DNA of 64,000 nucleotides from a virus: IMG/VR virus record IMGVR_UViG_3300031578_000004, positions 32,001 to 96,000 of that record; one strand, 5' to 3'. Shown piece by piece: positions 20,076 to 30,261 of this stretch (position 1 is its first letter; each line of letters starts with the position of its first letter). The notes under the pieces were generated by a model. It saw only the letters and a program-made list of their open reading frames with translations, ran no database searches and was not told where the DNA came from. The position numbers and the translations under genes were made by a program.

Positions 20076-20426
20076 CTATATCTCCGATTTTTGGTTTTTC
20101 ATTAATTCAGCAATCCTTTTGGTTTGTTCTTCATTCATAAGCCATAACTTTTTAGGAACTAGATTATTTTGTGAAATACTTTCAATATAATATTTTATTC
20201 CCTTGTATTCAGCCATAACGCCATATACATATCCTCCAGTTTCTTTTACAACTTTGGACTTTAGTATATTTACAATTTCTACAGGCTGTTTGGATTTAAG
20301 TGTAAAATCCTTATATTGTTCATCATCGGCACTAAAATTCAATATACCTCTCACCCGTTTACCGTTATCAACGTGTGCTATGTCTCCAATATTAAATTCT
20401 GAATTCATATATTTTCCACCTCTCAA
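20076..20426 (-). CDS. Hypothetical protein
   Basis: ORF; probable start MNSEF. Confidence 0.6.
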   Translation of the reverse strand: MRGGKYMNSEFNIGDIAHVDNGKRVRGILNFSADDEQYKDFTLKSKQPVEIVNILKSKVVKETGGYVYGVMAEYKGIKYYIESISQNNLVPKKLWLMNEEQTKRIAELMKNQKSEI

Positions 20427-20459
20427 ATTTTATTACGTTCCTCTACAACCTTAAGATGT

Positions 20460-20864
20460 TTATTTGTCTATATTTATAGCCATGTTTTTAGGATTATACT
20501 CCATTACGCAATATGGGTAATAATCGTCTGTATTTGCAGTGCCTATCGCTAATACAAGTTTATTAGTGGTTGTGTCCCACATTTCTAATACATCATTAGT
20601 ATAGTAGGTTTCACTAGCTTTCATTTTGCAATATACTTCTACGGATGGTAAAGCATTTTTTATTATTTGTTCTGTTTCTTCTAACTCGTTCATATAACTT
20701 CTATATCCATCACCAGGATCTTCAATTGCCTTATATTTCTTATTGTCTAACCCAAATATGATAAAATTTCTATCCCCTTCACAATCTTCATATTCTATAT
20801 AGGCTTCATTTCCTTGTTCCACTCCTGTTAATAAGTGTATTCCTTGTAAATCTGATAATTGCAT
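20460..20864 (-). CDS. Hypothetical phage protein
   Basis: 134 aa; EDP.DGYRS and GT.NTDDYYP motifs. Confidence 0.65.
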   Translation of the reverse strand: MQLSDLQGIHLLTGVEQGNEAYIEYEDCEGDRNFIIFGLDNKKYKAIEDPGDGYRSYMNELEETEQIIKNALPSVEVYCKMKASETYYTNDVLEMWDTTTNKLVLAIGTANTDDYYPYCVMEYNPKNMAINIDK

Positions 20865-21209
20865 AATTTATACCCTTCCTTTCAATACTTTTTATTTCTC
20901 CTTATATAATACTATAGGTTACACTATAATTTTTAAGTAAACTTCATCTAATATATCATCATCACTTTTCATTTCTGACGGATTACCTTTAAATCTTACT
21001 CCTGCTTTTACCAACGCATCGAACTCATTTTCCTTCTGTAGTAAATCATAATACCTTATAGCAGGTATTTTCACCATCTTATCTATCATTACCCCTTACA
21101 CCCTCCCTTGTTCCTATCCTCTACAGTTGTTTTGGTTGAATGTGAAAAATTTTGTTTGTATTGCACTTTCCATATATAGGTACCTCCTAAATTTAATCTC
21201 TTACTTATA

Positions 21210-21237
21210 ATTATATAACACATATTTCCATTGTCAA
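21210..21237 (-). promoter_or_regulatory. sigmaA-type promoter, 16-bp spacer
   Basis: TTGACA-N16-TATAAT. Confidence 0.55.
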
Positions 21238-21309
21238 TACCTAAATCAAAATATTTTTATATTAATCATTCTATAATAGACACCGAAAATTATATCTCGA
21301 TGCCAACTC

Positions 21310-22275
21310 TTATAAATAATCCTCAATTTTCTGTTTTGTCTGATACCAATAAGTTTCTCCAGTTTCACCATATCTAAAATATTCATTTATTGCGATATAA
21401 TCTTCTTTCTCTAGTTTATCTTTTCCTAATTCTTCTTTTAATCTCTTAGCATATAAAATTACCCCACTCCACCAAAGATTAGTTATGTTTAAAAATGGTA
21501 AATCCATTAATGTAAATATATTACTCATTCTTCTACTTACAAGTTGTCTAGGTATTTTATCCTCTGTGCTTCGTTTTGTGGCTCTGAAAATGTATCCTGT
21601 GACTTTGAGTGGGAATGATTTTACACGTGCAGTTGGAGAGGGTTCTCCATTATTAACCTCATATCGTTCTTGATTAATCGCATCAGTAATCAATATAATT
21701 GTAGACTCATCTACTTCTAATGTTCTAATGACTTCATCATTTTCATTTCTTAAATCAATCTTTTTAGATATTGTGTGACAATCTTCAATTCTTAAATTTG
21801 ATAATTCTATCACTGTTAATCCTAGTGTAGTTAATTTGATTAGTAACGCATCTTGAGCATTAGCACAAAACTCTATTATGTCATCTAGGTCTGCTTGATT
21901 AGTAATGTGTTTATTGGCTTGCGCTACTTTATTAACATATTTACTATATTGACTTTCTCCACCTCTAAACATTTCAGATACCCAATTAACCTTACTCTTT
22001 ACATAGCCATTTTCCAAACACCATTGTACATATTGTTCAATTATACTTCTTCGTGTAGCAAATCCAATATCAGATTTTGACCTAAAACCTAAAAACATTC
22101 TATCAAAATCTTGAGTATTAAATTCATACATATCTTTTTCAAGTTCAAATTCTGTCTTAGCTGCACTTTGTAAAACATATTTAATATGTTCTTGTGTAGC
22201 TTCGGAATCATATGTCTTAACAAATCGTTCTTTTATTTCATTATTATATAAATCAAATGTTCTCATTTTTCTCAC
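21310..22275 (-). CDS. Catalytically degenerate tyrosine-recombinase-fold protein (SPbeta MrpR/YopR-like repressor)
   Basis: Integrase-like layout, but GLT in place of GxR and TNLWWSG in place of HxLRH; follows a DGQHR gene as yopR follows yopQ. Confidence 0.65.
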   Translation of the reverse strand: MRKMRTFDLYNNEIKERFVKTYDSEATQEHIKYVLQSAAKTEFELEKDMYEFNTQDFDRMFLGFRSKSDIGFATRRSIIEQYVQWCLENGYVKSKVNWVSEMFRGGESQYSKYVNKVAQANKHITNQADLDDIIEFCANAQDALLIKLTTLGLTVIELSNLRIEDCHTISKKIDLRNENDEVIRTLEVDESTIILITDAINQERYEVNNGEPSPTARVKSFPLKVTGYIFRATKRSTEDKIPRQLVSRRMSNIFTLMDLPFLNITNLWWSGVILYAKRLKEELGKDKLEKEDYIAINEYFRYGETGETYWYQTKQKIEDYL

Positions 22276-22281
22276 TCCTTC

Positions 22282-23589
22282 CTAAACAAATTTTCTGAAA
22301 TAGTTAGCTATCTTTTTATAGTTGGTTTTTGATAATTTATGAGTATCAAATTTAAAACTATCAATCCAAATTGAGTTTTCTAAGCTAAAATCTATTTTAG
22401 ATAATATTTCGTTAAGACGAGTTCGCCAATCTGTGTTATCTTTTAATTCTTTAGACAAGGTAATATAACCAATAAAACTGTATTTATGATTCATAAAACT
22501 TTCATTCTTAGTTGTTTTGAAATCTGTAAATATATGAGCTACTTCATTTAAAAATTCTACAATCCATTCGCTTAATACTATTGCATCTCTCTTTGAATTT
22601 GTTTTTTCATTCAATTCATATTCATATTTTAAAGAATTAATAAGTGTCTCAAATGTAGTTAAAGAGTCACCATTAATAATATCTGTATTGTGTACTCCAA
22701 TCTTTCCTCTGAGGTCACTAGAAGGACTTTCATTAACTTTCTTTACTATTATAGTTTCAAGTTGAGTTGTGTCTTTAGATTGAATATAAACCTTACTTAT
22801 CTCATTATGTTCGTTTTCTTGTTTTATATATTGTATTGCTTTATCAGTATCATAATTTCTAATATAAACACCTGTAATATACTCGACATCAGAATTATCA
22901 TTGATAGCTGATAACATTCCCATTGAACGATGCATTCCATCAAGTATATCAAGTTCTCCACTATTAATAGTTAAAGTGTGATTCTTAGCATCATAAACAA
23001 ATTCGTCTGTTCCATCTTGTAATAAATTTAATGTTATATGATTTGTTTCTTGAGTACCATTTAATATATTTTCTTTGATACTTTGTACAGATTCATTGTT
23101 AATGTCAATAATCTCTACAAGTTGGTCACGAAATTTAGTTTGTTTAGTTTGTCTTTGTGTTTCTCTATTATAAGTAACTAGATTTCTTGCCCACCAATTA
23201 TTAACTATCTGACATGGTATTGCTGGAGCATCATATATATCGTCTTTTACCTTAAACACACCTTCAATAACTACAGGGAATCCACCCATTTTTATCTTTT
23301 CTCTTCTATATGAGTTTCCATCTGTTATTTCAGTTTCATTATACCAAGTTGTAGGATTAATAGTGCGTTCATCTGTATTGTCATGAAATAATTTAGTGAG
23401 TAAATATAAAGTAGGATTATCTATTGTCTCAACTGGAATATGACCATCTACTATTCTTAATACATCTCCACTGTAAAATCCTCTTTCGACAAATCCTTCA
23501 GTAACTTTACTTATTACATTTTTATTTGCGTTATACTTTTCAAATATGACCAATAACTCTTTTTCAAGCGTTTTTCTATCCTTTTTCAC
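22282..23589 (-). CDS. DGQHR/DndB-like protein (SPbeta YopQ-like)
   Basis: YN..TQR motif and ILDGMHR. Confidence 0.7.
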   Translation of the reverse strand: MKKDRKTLEKELLVIFEKYNANKNVISKVTEGFVERGFYSGDVLRIVDGHIPVETIDNPTLYLLTKLFHDNTDERTINPTTWYNETEITDGNSYRREKIKMGGFPVVIEGVFKVKDDIYDAPAIPCQIVNNWWARNLVTYNRETQRQTKQTKFRDQLVEIIDINNESVQSIKENILNGTQETNHITLNLLQDGTDEFVYDAKNHTLTINSGELDILDGMHRSMGMLSAINDNSDVEYITGVYIRNYDTDKAIQYIKQENEHNEISKVYIQSKDTTQLETIIVKKVNESPSSDLRGKIGVHNTDIINGDSLTTFETLINSLKYEYELNEKTNSKRDAIVLSEWIVEFLNEVAHIFTDFKTTKNESFMNHKYSFIGYITLSKELKDNTDWRTRLNEILSKIDFSLENSIWIDSFKFDTHKLSKTNYKKIANYFRKFV

Positions 23590-23730
23590 TTAATTCACAC
23601 CCTTTTTATATTTATCATAATTAAATTATAGTATAATTATATCCTTCATGTCAAGCAATTATACTATTCATTATGTATTAATAGGTGTAAACTTTATATT
23701 TATTGTTGGTGCAAATGGAATTTTATAGGT

Positions 23731-24099
23731 TTAAGTTGCAATTGTTTTGTTTTTATGTACGTTTTTATTTATTTTATTGTTTAAATTATTATGTATTGAT
23801 AATTGCTCAAATAACTTATCAATTCTTCTTTCTCCACTTCTACGTCTGTCATAGATTGTTTTAGTATCATGTTTGTTTATGTATTCTATCACTTCATTTA
23901 CATTGATAAATTTGTGGTTGTGCATATGACACATGTGTTTACAAACACCTTTATTTTTATGTTTCAATCTAAAGTGTGTGTCTTCATCTGAAATTATCCA
24001 AGTATTAAGTGCTGTTTCTATGTGGATTTGGTCAGGGTATATTTTATAGTTAATGTTATATCTGTTACATAGGCTTTCGACTCTGTTGATGTCAATCAT
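23731..24099 (-). CDS. Hypothetical His-rich protein
   Basis: 122 aa, GAGGTG RBS. Confidence 0.6.
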   Translation of the reverse strand: MIDINRVESLCNRYNINYKIYPDQIHIETALNTWIISDEDTHFRLKHKNKGVCKHMCHMHNHKFINVNEVIEYINKHDTKTIYDRRRSGERRIDKLFEQLSIHNNLNNKINKNVHKNKTIAT

Positions 24100-24168
24100 A
24101 ATGTTTTCACCTCTGTTTCTTATTTTTTTTAATTAGTTTTATATAGTGTGTATAGAGTTAGAGGGGAC

Positions 24169-24882
24169 TTAAAACCCCTCTAGTTTGATTGGTGTTACCT
24201 TACTATTACTACAGTAGTTATTTACTGCCTGTATTCTACTTCGTAAATTAACGACAATATTTTCATCCTTTATTTTTACAATAGTTTCATCAAGTTGTTT
24301 TATTTGATTTTTTTCTATGTATATTTCACAGAGGGTTTCATAAGCATTATTAAAAAACCACTCTGCATTATTAAAAGAATCATCTTTTGTACTTATTATA
24401 TTATGTACTTCTGTTAAAAGTTCTTTTATCTTTTCATCATCTTTTTCAATCTTTGCTATATTAAAGTCCATATGAATACGTTCATCTTGCATCTTATTGT
24501 TTGTGAAATAGTCACTGCATTGTTTAAAAAACTTTATTGCTTTTTTATCTAATTTCAAAGAATAATAACAATTACCCATTACCCAATTACATTCCATATG
24601 TTCTTTAAAATCATTTGTGTAATTTTTACTTTCAGATACATAACTTAAAGCTTTTTTACATTGACCTTTTTTTCTATAACACATTGCAAGTATTAAATTG
24701 AAAAACCATAAATTATGATTGTCTTCGGGATAATCATTTTTTATCATTATTAATATTTCATCACATTTTTTTATTGCTTCGTCATATCTATCCTTATTTT
24801 TTAATGTAACAACCTCTTCTTGTTCTCTCACAAAATTATCTTTCATCGTGCAATCCTCCATTCTATAAATTTTACATTGCAT
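24169..24882 (-). CDS. TPR-like helical repeat protein
   Basis: LAMCY..G...KAL.Y and MGNCYY....KAI.FF repeats; probable start MKDNF after GGAGG. Confidence 0.65.
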   Translation of the reverse strand: MQCKIYRMEDCTMKDNFVREQEEVVTLKNKDRYDEAIKKCDEILIMIKNDYPEDNHNLWFFNLILAMCYRKKGQCKKALSYVSESKNYTNDFKEHMECNWVMGNCYYSLKLDKKAIKFFKQCSDYFTNNKMQDERIHMDFNIAKIEKDDEKIKELLTEVHNIISTKDDSFNNAEWFFNNAYETLCEIYIEKNQIKQLDETIVKIKDENIVVNLRSRIQAVNNYCSNSKVTPIKLEGF

Positions 24883-25528
24883 TTTGCTTTCTATTATCTG
24901 TAGATATTTTTATAAATGTTTTTTCTTTTAAAACTTTACTGTAATCATATCCATACTGATTGCAATATGATTGTAATTCTTTAACTAGTCTTATATGCAA
25001 TCTTGCATCTTCAGGGTCAAAACCATTTATGTGAGCTTCACACTCTACTTTATTAATCCAATTAACTGTATCCTTTATATATTCTAAATCAATTGTTCCT
25101 GCTTGAATTTTAACTGCTGTGTCAATTTGTTCCATAATATAATTTGAACATCTTCCGACTTTAGATATTATAAGTTTTTTGTCAATTGTGAAAACCTGTT
25201 CCACTAACACTAATGAATCAAATTTAAGTCCTGAATCCTCTAATACTTTTACATGTGTTGGCAGTTTGTTTTTATTAAGATTGGATGTTAATGTTGCTAC
25301 CCATATTGTTGGAGAAAACCTATTATTCACATTATTGCTTAAAACTACGGCTGGTCTAGGTTTTGATTGTATACTGTGGTCTCTACCACTCTTTATTAAT
25401 TGGTCGAAATCTACAAATATTAAATCACCCTTTTTAACTTCTAATAATTTTTGTACTTCATTGATTAGATTCTTGTTTGCTACATTGTATGTAGTATGAC
25501 TGTTAATATTTTGAATGCATGTTGTCAT
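24872..25528 (-). CDS. mazF: MazF/PemK endoribonuclease with C-terminal extension
   Basis: KGDLIFVDF..Q..RPAVVLSN..NRFSPT..T..KLPTHV..DS.VLVEQV.TIDK. Confidence 0.88.
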   Translation of the reverse strand: MTTCIQNINSHTTYNVANKNLINEVQKLLEVKKGDLIFVDFDQLIKSGRDHSIQSKPRPAVVLSNNVNNRFSPTIWVATLTSNLNKNKLPTHVKVLEDSGLKFDSLVLVEQVFTIDKKLIISKVGRCSNYIMEQIDTAVKIQAGTIDLEYIKDTVNWINKVECEAHINGFDPEDARLHIRLVKELQSYCNQYGYDYSKVLKEKTFIKISTDNRKQNAM

Positions 25529-25627
25529 TTAATTTATTCACTCCTTTGTAATAATTTTATATTTTGTGTTTTTTGTTGAATTGGTCTATCTTTGGTTTGT
25601 ATTATTCTTGTGTTGTGACTTATTACC

Positions 25628-25885
25628 TTACTTTTTTCTGTTTACCTTCTTGGACTGCTTAGTCATCTTTTTTTTATTGCTTTTCTTCTTTTGCTTTGCC
25701 CAAGCTGTTAAGGGAGTATCTTTGTTCATATCTACAATTGTGCATTCCTTATCCCCTAGCTCAACTTCAGCTTCTTCCTCGTGTTCATTTGGTACAAATT
25801 GCAAAGCTTCCCCAAACATTTCTTTTAATTCCATTAACTCCTCAGCTGAATTAATACGATATAATTTACCTGTAGCTACATCCAT
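25628..25885 (-). CDS. Hypothetical protein with basic tail
   Basis: 85-aa ORF with RBS. Confidence 0.55.
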   Translation of the reverse strand: MDVATGKLYRINSAEELMELKEMFGEALQFVPNEHEEEAEVELGDKECTIVDMNKDTPLTAWAKQKKKSNKKKMTKQSKKVNRKK

Positions 25886-25947
25886 TATTTTCCCTCGCTT
25901 TCAATTATTTAATTACATATAGTGACACTATTTTATTGAATTGTGAC

Positions 25948-26169
25948 TTAGCTAAAAGCCTTAAAGTGTTCTGCTAATGTTTCGTTTGACATTTCAATCC
26001 AGCCATTCACATCAGATTCTAGTCTAACTTCTCCACCTATAAATCTATAATTTTCATTATCTGGAAGATGCCAAACTGTGCCTTCTTCCACAATCAGATA
26101 CTCATTATCTAAAGTAAAGCCATCGTCGTCACGTTTTTCTAAAGAAAATCCTTTAATACATTCAAACAT
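25948..26169 (-). CDS. Hypothetical protein (cassette-like)
   Basis: GGAGG RBS; stop abuts repeat. Confidence 0.65.
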   Translation of the reverse strand: MFECIKGFSLEKRDDDGFTLDNEYLIVEEGTVWHLPDNENYRFIGGEVRLESDVNGWIEMSNETLAEHFKAFS

Positions 26170-26236
26170 TTTTCAAACCTCCTTTCTTACGACATATTTT
26201 ATTCAGTAGTTGTATCTACTTCTTGAATTGTGCAAC

Positions 26237-26311
26237 TTATCTGCTCATACCTAGTGCCATAGCTGTTGCCCCTAATATCATACCTATTATTAATATCAAA
26301 ACACCTTCCAT
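26237..26311 (-). CDS. 24-aa hydrophobic peptide (cassette-like)
   Basis: MEGVLILIIGMILGATAMALGMSR, GGAGG RBS, fills the space between two repeats. Confidence 0.55.
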   Translation of the reverse strand: MEGVLILIIGMILGATAMALGMSR

Positions 26312-26369
26312 TCAATATCCTCCTTCGCATTTTATTCAGATAGTGACACTATTTTATTGTGATGCGACA

Positions 26370-26630
26370 CTATCCTTCATTTGAAACCCTTATTGCAACT
26401 TGCTCTAATGCTTCAACTTTATCAAAAGTATCTGTTTCGTAGAAATTAAATAAGTGTATTTGGTTTTCGCCTTTACTTTCGTATATCTGATAAAGTTTTA
26501 CCGTATACCCCTTGCGACTTATTTCAAGAGATAGATGCAGTTTCACTTCTTTTGCAAGGTCTTTATTTTTAATTGTATTTGTTTCAATCCAAACCCATAA
26601 ACCACAAAATGTTAATTTATTAAAGTCCAA
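26370..26630 (-). CDS. Hypothetical protein (cassette-like)
   Basis: GGAGG RBS; stop abuts repeat. Confidence 0.6.
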   Translation of the reverse strand: MDFNKLTFCGLWVWIETNTIKNKDLAKEVKLHLSLEISRKGYTVKLYQIYESKGENQIHLFNFYETDTFDKVEALEQVAIRVSNEG

Positions 26631-26712
26631 TTTATCCCTCCTATCGTTTTGTTGCCCTTAACAATACGTCGCATTTTATTCAGATAGCGACACTATTTAA
26701 TTGAAATGTGTA

Positions 26713-26865
26713 TCAATCTTTCATATCTTTGTGGTCATTGCATGATTCGTCTGATTCTGTTTTCTCTTTCAAAACCGGGCAATATCCATATCCATCATCT
26801 TTGTCTTGCCAATGTTCACAACTACTACACGTTGTAAATTCATACCTGTATCTTTTCCTTTTCAT
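26713..26865 (-). CDS. 50-aa Cys-rich protein (cassette-like)
   Basis: MKRKRYRYEFTTCSSCEHW..GYCP..SCNDH; stop abuts repeat. Confidence 0.5.
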   Translation of the reverse strand: MKRKRYRYEFTTCSSCEHWQDKDDGYGYCPVLKEKTESDESCNDHKDMKD

Positions 26866-27330
26866 CCCTTCACTTCCTTATGGCACAGTTTATTCAGATA
26901 GTGTCCTTAAAACTGTTTTTGCATATTTAGGAAATACATAAAATGTATCTGGTAAATGATTTTTCATATTAACTCGCCTTCCCTTTCTTAACATTCTTAT
27001 TCTTATCGACCACAAATTCTAACACTTTTTCAGTATTAATATCTATAAATTTTTCTATCAATGTATCTGATGGTAATTTACCATAATGTTCTTTGTACCA
27101 TGCTTTGTAGTCTTGTATAGTCATTGTCATATAATTTTTCACTACCTCCTTATTATATTGGCTTAAACTTTAATATATGACCTTGCAGAGCCATCTAGTG
27201 ACTCATTTGGAGTGTTTACATTAAACTTTTGCTGATAACTTTCCAATGAGTTTTCATCTTTTTGATATTGTAGCCAGTCAGCACTTTCTGATTTGAATGT
27301 TCTCATTTTTATTTATTCCTCCTTCTATTT

Positions 27331-28260
27331 TTATATATTTGATATTATACTACTTAATGGATTTGAATTAGCAACTTTTCTTTGTTGTTCTTTGTCGATA
27401 TGTGTATAAATTTGCGTAGTTGAAATATTACCATGCCCCAATGCTTCTTTTACTGCAATAATATCCCCACCATATTTATACATTAGCGTAGCTGCTACGT
27501 GCCTGAGGGAATGTGTAGAATATTTTTCTGTATCTAATCCTGCTTTCCCTATATAATTTTTAACAAGTGTATAAACTGATTTATCACTAATTCTTTCTTT
27601 TATTTCACTTAAAAATAATGCTTTCTCATTTACTTGCGGTCTTACTTTTAAATACTTTTCTATTGCCGATAAACAAGCAGGAGTTAATATTACAGTTCTC
27701 TCCTTATTCCCCTTACCTATAACTGTCAATAAATCACCTTTAATATGGTCTATATCAATTAAGGTCATTTCCTTACGTCTTAAACCACAATTAAGAAATA
27801 TAGTTAATATGGCATAATCACGTTCTTTGTTTCTATTGTGATTATTTTTCTTGTTAACACTATTTAATAACTTTATAGATTCTTCTAAATCAAAATATAC
27901 AGGTTTTCTTTCAGGTATCTTCGGAGTTTCCATATCCAAAGCAGGATTAACTATAATAACTTTAATCTTTGTTATATACTTAAAAAACTCTCTTATACTT
28001 GTTGTCTTTCTTGCTCTAGTGCTTTCAGCTTCTTCTTTGCCTGTTAGATAGTTCATGTAAAATTCTAAGTCTTGATATTCTATTGAATTAAAAAACTCCT
28101 TATCAAATGTATTTATGGATGCTGTCAGATTCTTGTTTTCTCGTATATAGTTAAGTAATTGAACATTATCTATCTCATAGCTGTTAATCGTGTTCTGTGA
28201 CCTTCCTTTTGATTTTAAGGCTAGAAGGAAATTATTGAGTAGACGGTTATTAGTTTTCAT
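27331..28260 (-). CDS. XerC/D-like tyrosine recombinase, intact
   Basis: GLR, GKGNKER, HSLRH, LGH and TQIY catalytic set complete. Confidence 0.92.
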   Translation of the reverse strand: MKTNNRLLNNFLLALKSKGRSQNTINSYEIDNVQLLNYIRENKNLTASINTFDKEFFNSIEYQDLEFYMNYLTGKEEAESTRARKTTSIREFFKYITKIKVIIVNPALDMETPKIPERKPVYFDLEESIKLLNSVNKKNNHNRNKERDYAILTIFLNCGLRRKEMTLIDIDHIKGDLLTVIGKGNKERTVILTPACLSAIEKYLKVRPQVNEKALFLSEIKERISDKSVYTLVKNYIGKAGLDTEKYSTHSLRHVAATLMYKYGGDIIAVKEALGHGNISTTQIYTHIDKEQQRKVANSNPLSSIISNI

Positions 28261-28353
28261 TTATTATTCACACCTTTTTATTTTATTATTTTTATAGTTT
28301 GTGTCCTTATTATATCATATGATGGATTTATCTGTATAATACTATTTTAGAAA

Positions 28354-28548
28354 CTATTTTGATAATCTTTCAATTGTATTTTTACAAGATTCCTTTTCTC
28401 CTTCAGTAGATGCACTATCATTTATTAGTGCCTGAAGCTTTCTAATTTTTCTTTCATTGTTTAATTGTTGTTCTGCTTTAATTAGTCTTTCATAAAGCAT
28501 TGCACCTTCTATTTCATTGCTCATTATTTTATCTGCTTTAATTATCAT
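28354..28548 (-). CDS. Hypothetical protein
   Basis: KIRKL.AL...ST.GE motif (DUF2786-like, weak). Confidence 0.5.
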   Translation of the reverse strand: MIIKADKIMSNEIEGAMLYERLIKAEQQLNNERKIRKLQALINDSASTEGEKESCKNTIERLSK

Positions 28549-28575
28549 TTTTATAGTCTCCTTTCTTATAATTAA

Positions 28576-28761
28576 TTAATGATGGTCATAATATCCTAGT
28601 ACCCAATTTAGTGTCTGCATCTGTTCTATACAAGCACGTTTAGCCTTATCTTGTAAATTTATATCTGTTATATTTTTTGAATCCTCTAGTTGCCATTTAA
28701 TCCAATCAATTTCTTTTTTAATTTCTTCTTGGGTTTTCATTGTTGCACTTCCTTTCACCAT
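28576..28761 (-). CDS. Hypothetical protein
   Basis: MKTQEEI...L.WVL small phage ORF. Confidence 0.55.
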   Translation of the reverse strand: MVKGSATMKTQEEIKKEIDWIKWQLEDSKNITDINLQDKAKRACIEQMQTLNWVLGYYDHH

Positions 28762-28784
28762 TTTGTTGAAACTCTTATTTTGAC

Positions 28785-29045
28785 TTACATTACACTTTTA
28801 TATTTTTTCTGTGTGCTTAATCCACCCCTGATATGTTTTTCCTCAGAATTCATTTCCATTACAATTCCTACTTCTTCAGCCAGTCCACGATTGATTTCTA
28901 AAAGTTTTTGTGTTATATCCTTATGAACTGTACTTTTTGATATTCCAAATTTTTTAGCTGTTTCTCTTACTGTTGTTATATTATTGATTATGTACTGAGC
29001 TTCTTGTATAATTCTGTTTTCTAAGTATTGTTGATTTCTTGTCAT
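28785..29045 (-). CDS. spoIIID: Sporulation transcription regulator SpoIIID homolog
   Basis: TVRETAKKFGISKSTVHKDIT..L.EIN..LAEEV...HIRGG..T..KYK aligns along the full length of SpoIIID. Confidence 0.9.
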   Translation of the reverse strand: MTRNQQYLENRIIQEAQYIINNITTVRETAKKFGISKSTVHKDITQKLLEINRGLAEEVGIVMEMNSEEKHIRGGLSTQKKYKSVM

Positions 29046-29744
29046 TTGATTTACACTTCCTTTTTATTTTTTTATTTTGCTTTTTAAGGCTTCTATTTAC
29101 CCTCTACAAAGAAATAACTACCTTGCCTATACTCTAGTATTATACCTGATTTTTCTATTGTTAAGATGCTCTCTAGCGTGTTGTAAGCATCTGTATTCAT
29201 ATTCAAATTTCTCATTACCTTCTGTTATTTCTAATATGAATAATGATTCTGTCATGGCTTTTCACTTCCTTAAATTTATTATCTTATCTAAATACTAACA
29301 CTCGCTTTCCGTTGTGTCAATACTTTTATAGTTTACTTTCCTTGTATTTTATATAGTATTTTTATATACTTCTATGTATCTATTTAAGTAACTGTCACTA
29401 TACCAAAATAATTCTTTCCAATAAGTTGTTATATCTGCTGTTACTTTGGCTTTTGAGTAATCAAATGTATCTATGCCTATTACTTTGATTGCGTTCACTG
29501 TTATTGCTCCTTTCAGCATTATGGTGTAATTGCTGTTATATGTATTTTAACGTTTATACTGCTTTTGTTTATAATAGCAGTATATTTGTCAAATTGTTAT
29601 AGAAAGAATTTTATAGCTAGAAACATCATCAATGCCATAGTGACGGCTGTTATAATTATATGTGTTAATTTGCTAAACTCCATCGACTTCATATTGTTAA
29701 ATGGTTTTATATTGTTTGTCTTTGGTGTTTCAAAATCAATTTGT

Positions 29745-30047
29745 CTACTGTTTGATGATTGCATGGCTGTTATACTGTTCTGCTATGTTTTGTAATTTAT
29801 TCCAGTTTATTTTTCTTTTTATTTTTGTTTCTACAGCATCTTTAAACTCATTCAAACTACTATAATTTATGTCTGTATCCAATCTATCTAATACATAATT
29901 TATTTCCATATTTGCATCGTATATGGCTGTATACCCATCTATGTCTTTTCTTGAAGTGTCTAATAATGTAATAACTAAACCACCTGTATAATTAATGTAA
30001 TTTAAAACATATTTATTGTTATATTTCATTTCTTTCCATCCTTTCAT
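29745..30047 (-). CDS. Hypothetical protein
   Basis: Co-oriented ORF. Confidence 0.5.
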   Translation of the reverse strand: MKGWKEMKYNNKYVLNYINYTGGLVITLLDTSRKDIDGYTAIYDANMEINYVLDRLDTDINYSSLNEFKDAVETKIKRKINWNKLQNIAEQYNSHAIIKQ

Positions 30048-30261
30048 ATTTACATTATTTTACATGACTTTGAATCTACTGTTTTATAGGCTGTTTACAA
30101 AAGGGACATTTTTCTAATTCCCCTTCATAGAATATACTAACAGTTTCACCACAAGAACAGGTTTTGTAAATAAAAAGATTTTCAACTACTTCATTTTTAT
30201 TATCCATGTTTCACTTCACTCCTAATTATTTATTTCAGTTTCCTGTTTCCTGCTTATCAAA

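Larger units (their letters stand above)
25915..26906. repeat. Five fold-back repeats separating consecutive small ORFs
   Basis: Copies at ~25915-25947, 26191-26236, 26326-26369, 26670-26712 and 26884-26906 (partial); core ttttattcag-atagtgacactat-ttt..tgaa.tgtg. Confidence 0.85.

Noticed and set aside
21310-22275. Active prophage integrase
   Set aside because: Catalytic Arg and the HxxR motif are replaced.
22282-23589. Dnd phosphorothioation system
   Set aside because: Lone DGQHR-type gene with no dndACDE; context matches yopQ.
24169-26311. TPR protein plus 24-aa peptide as arbitrium AimR/AimP
   Set aside because: The TPR protein is short with no evident HTH; the peptide is not adjacent and lacks a basic N-terminus and a mature-peptide tail.
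25915-26906. Repeat array as CRISPR
   Set aside because: Repeats are degenerate, the spacers are 90-300 bp ORFs with RBSs, and no cas genes are present.
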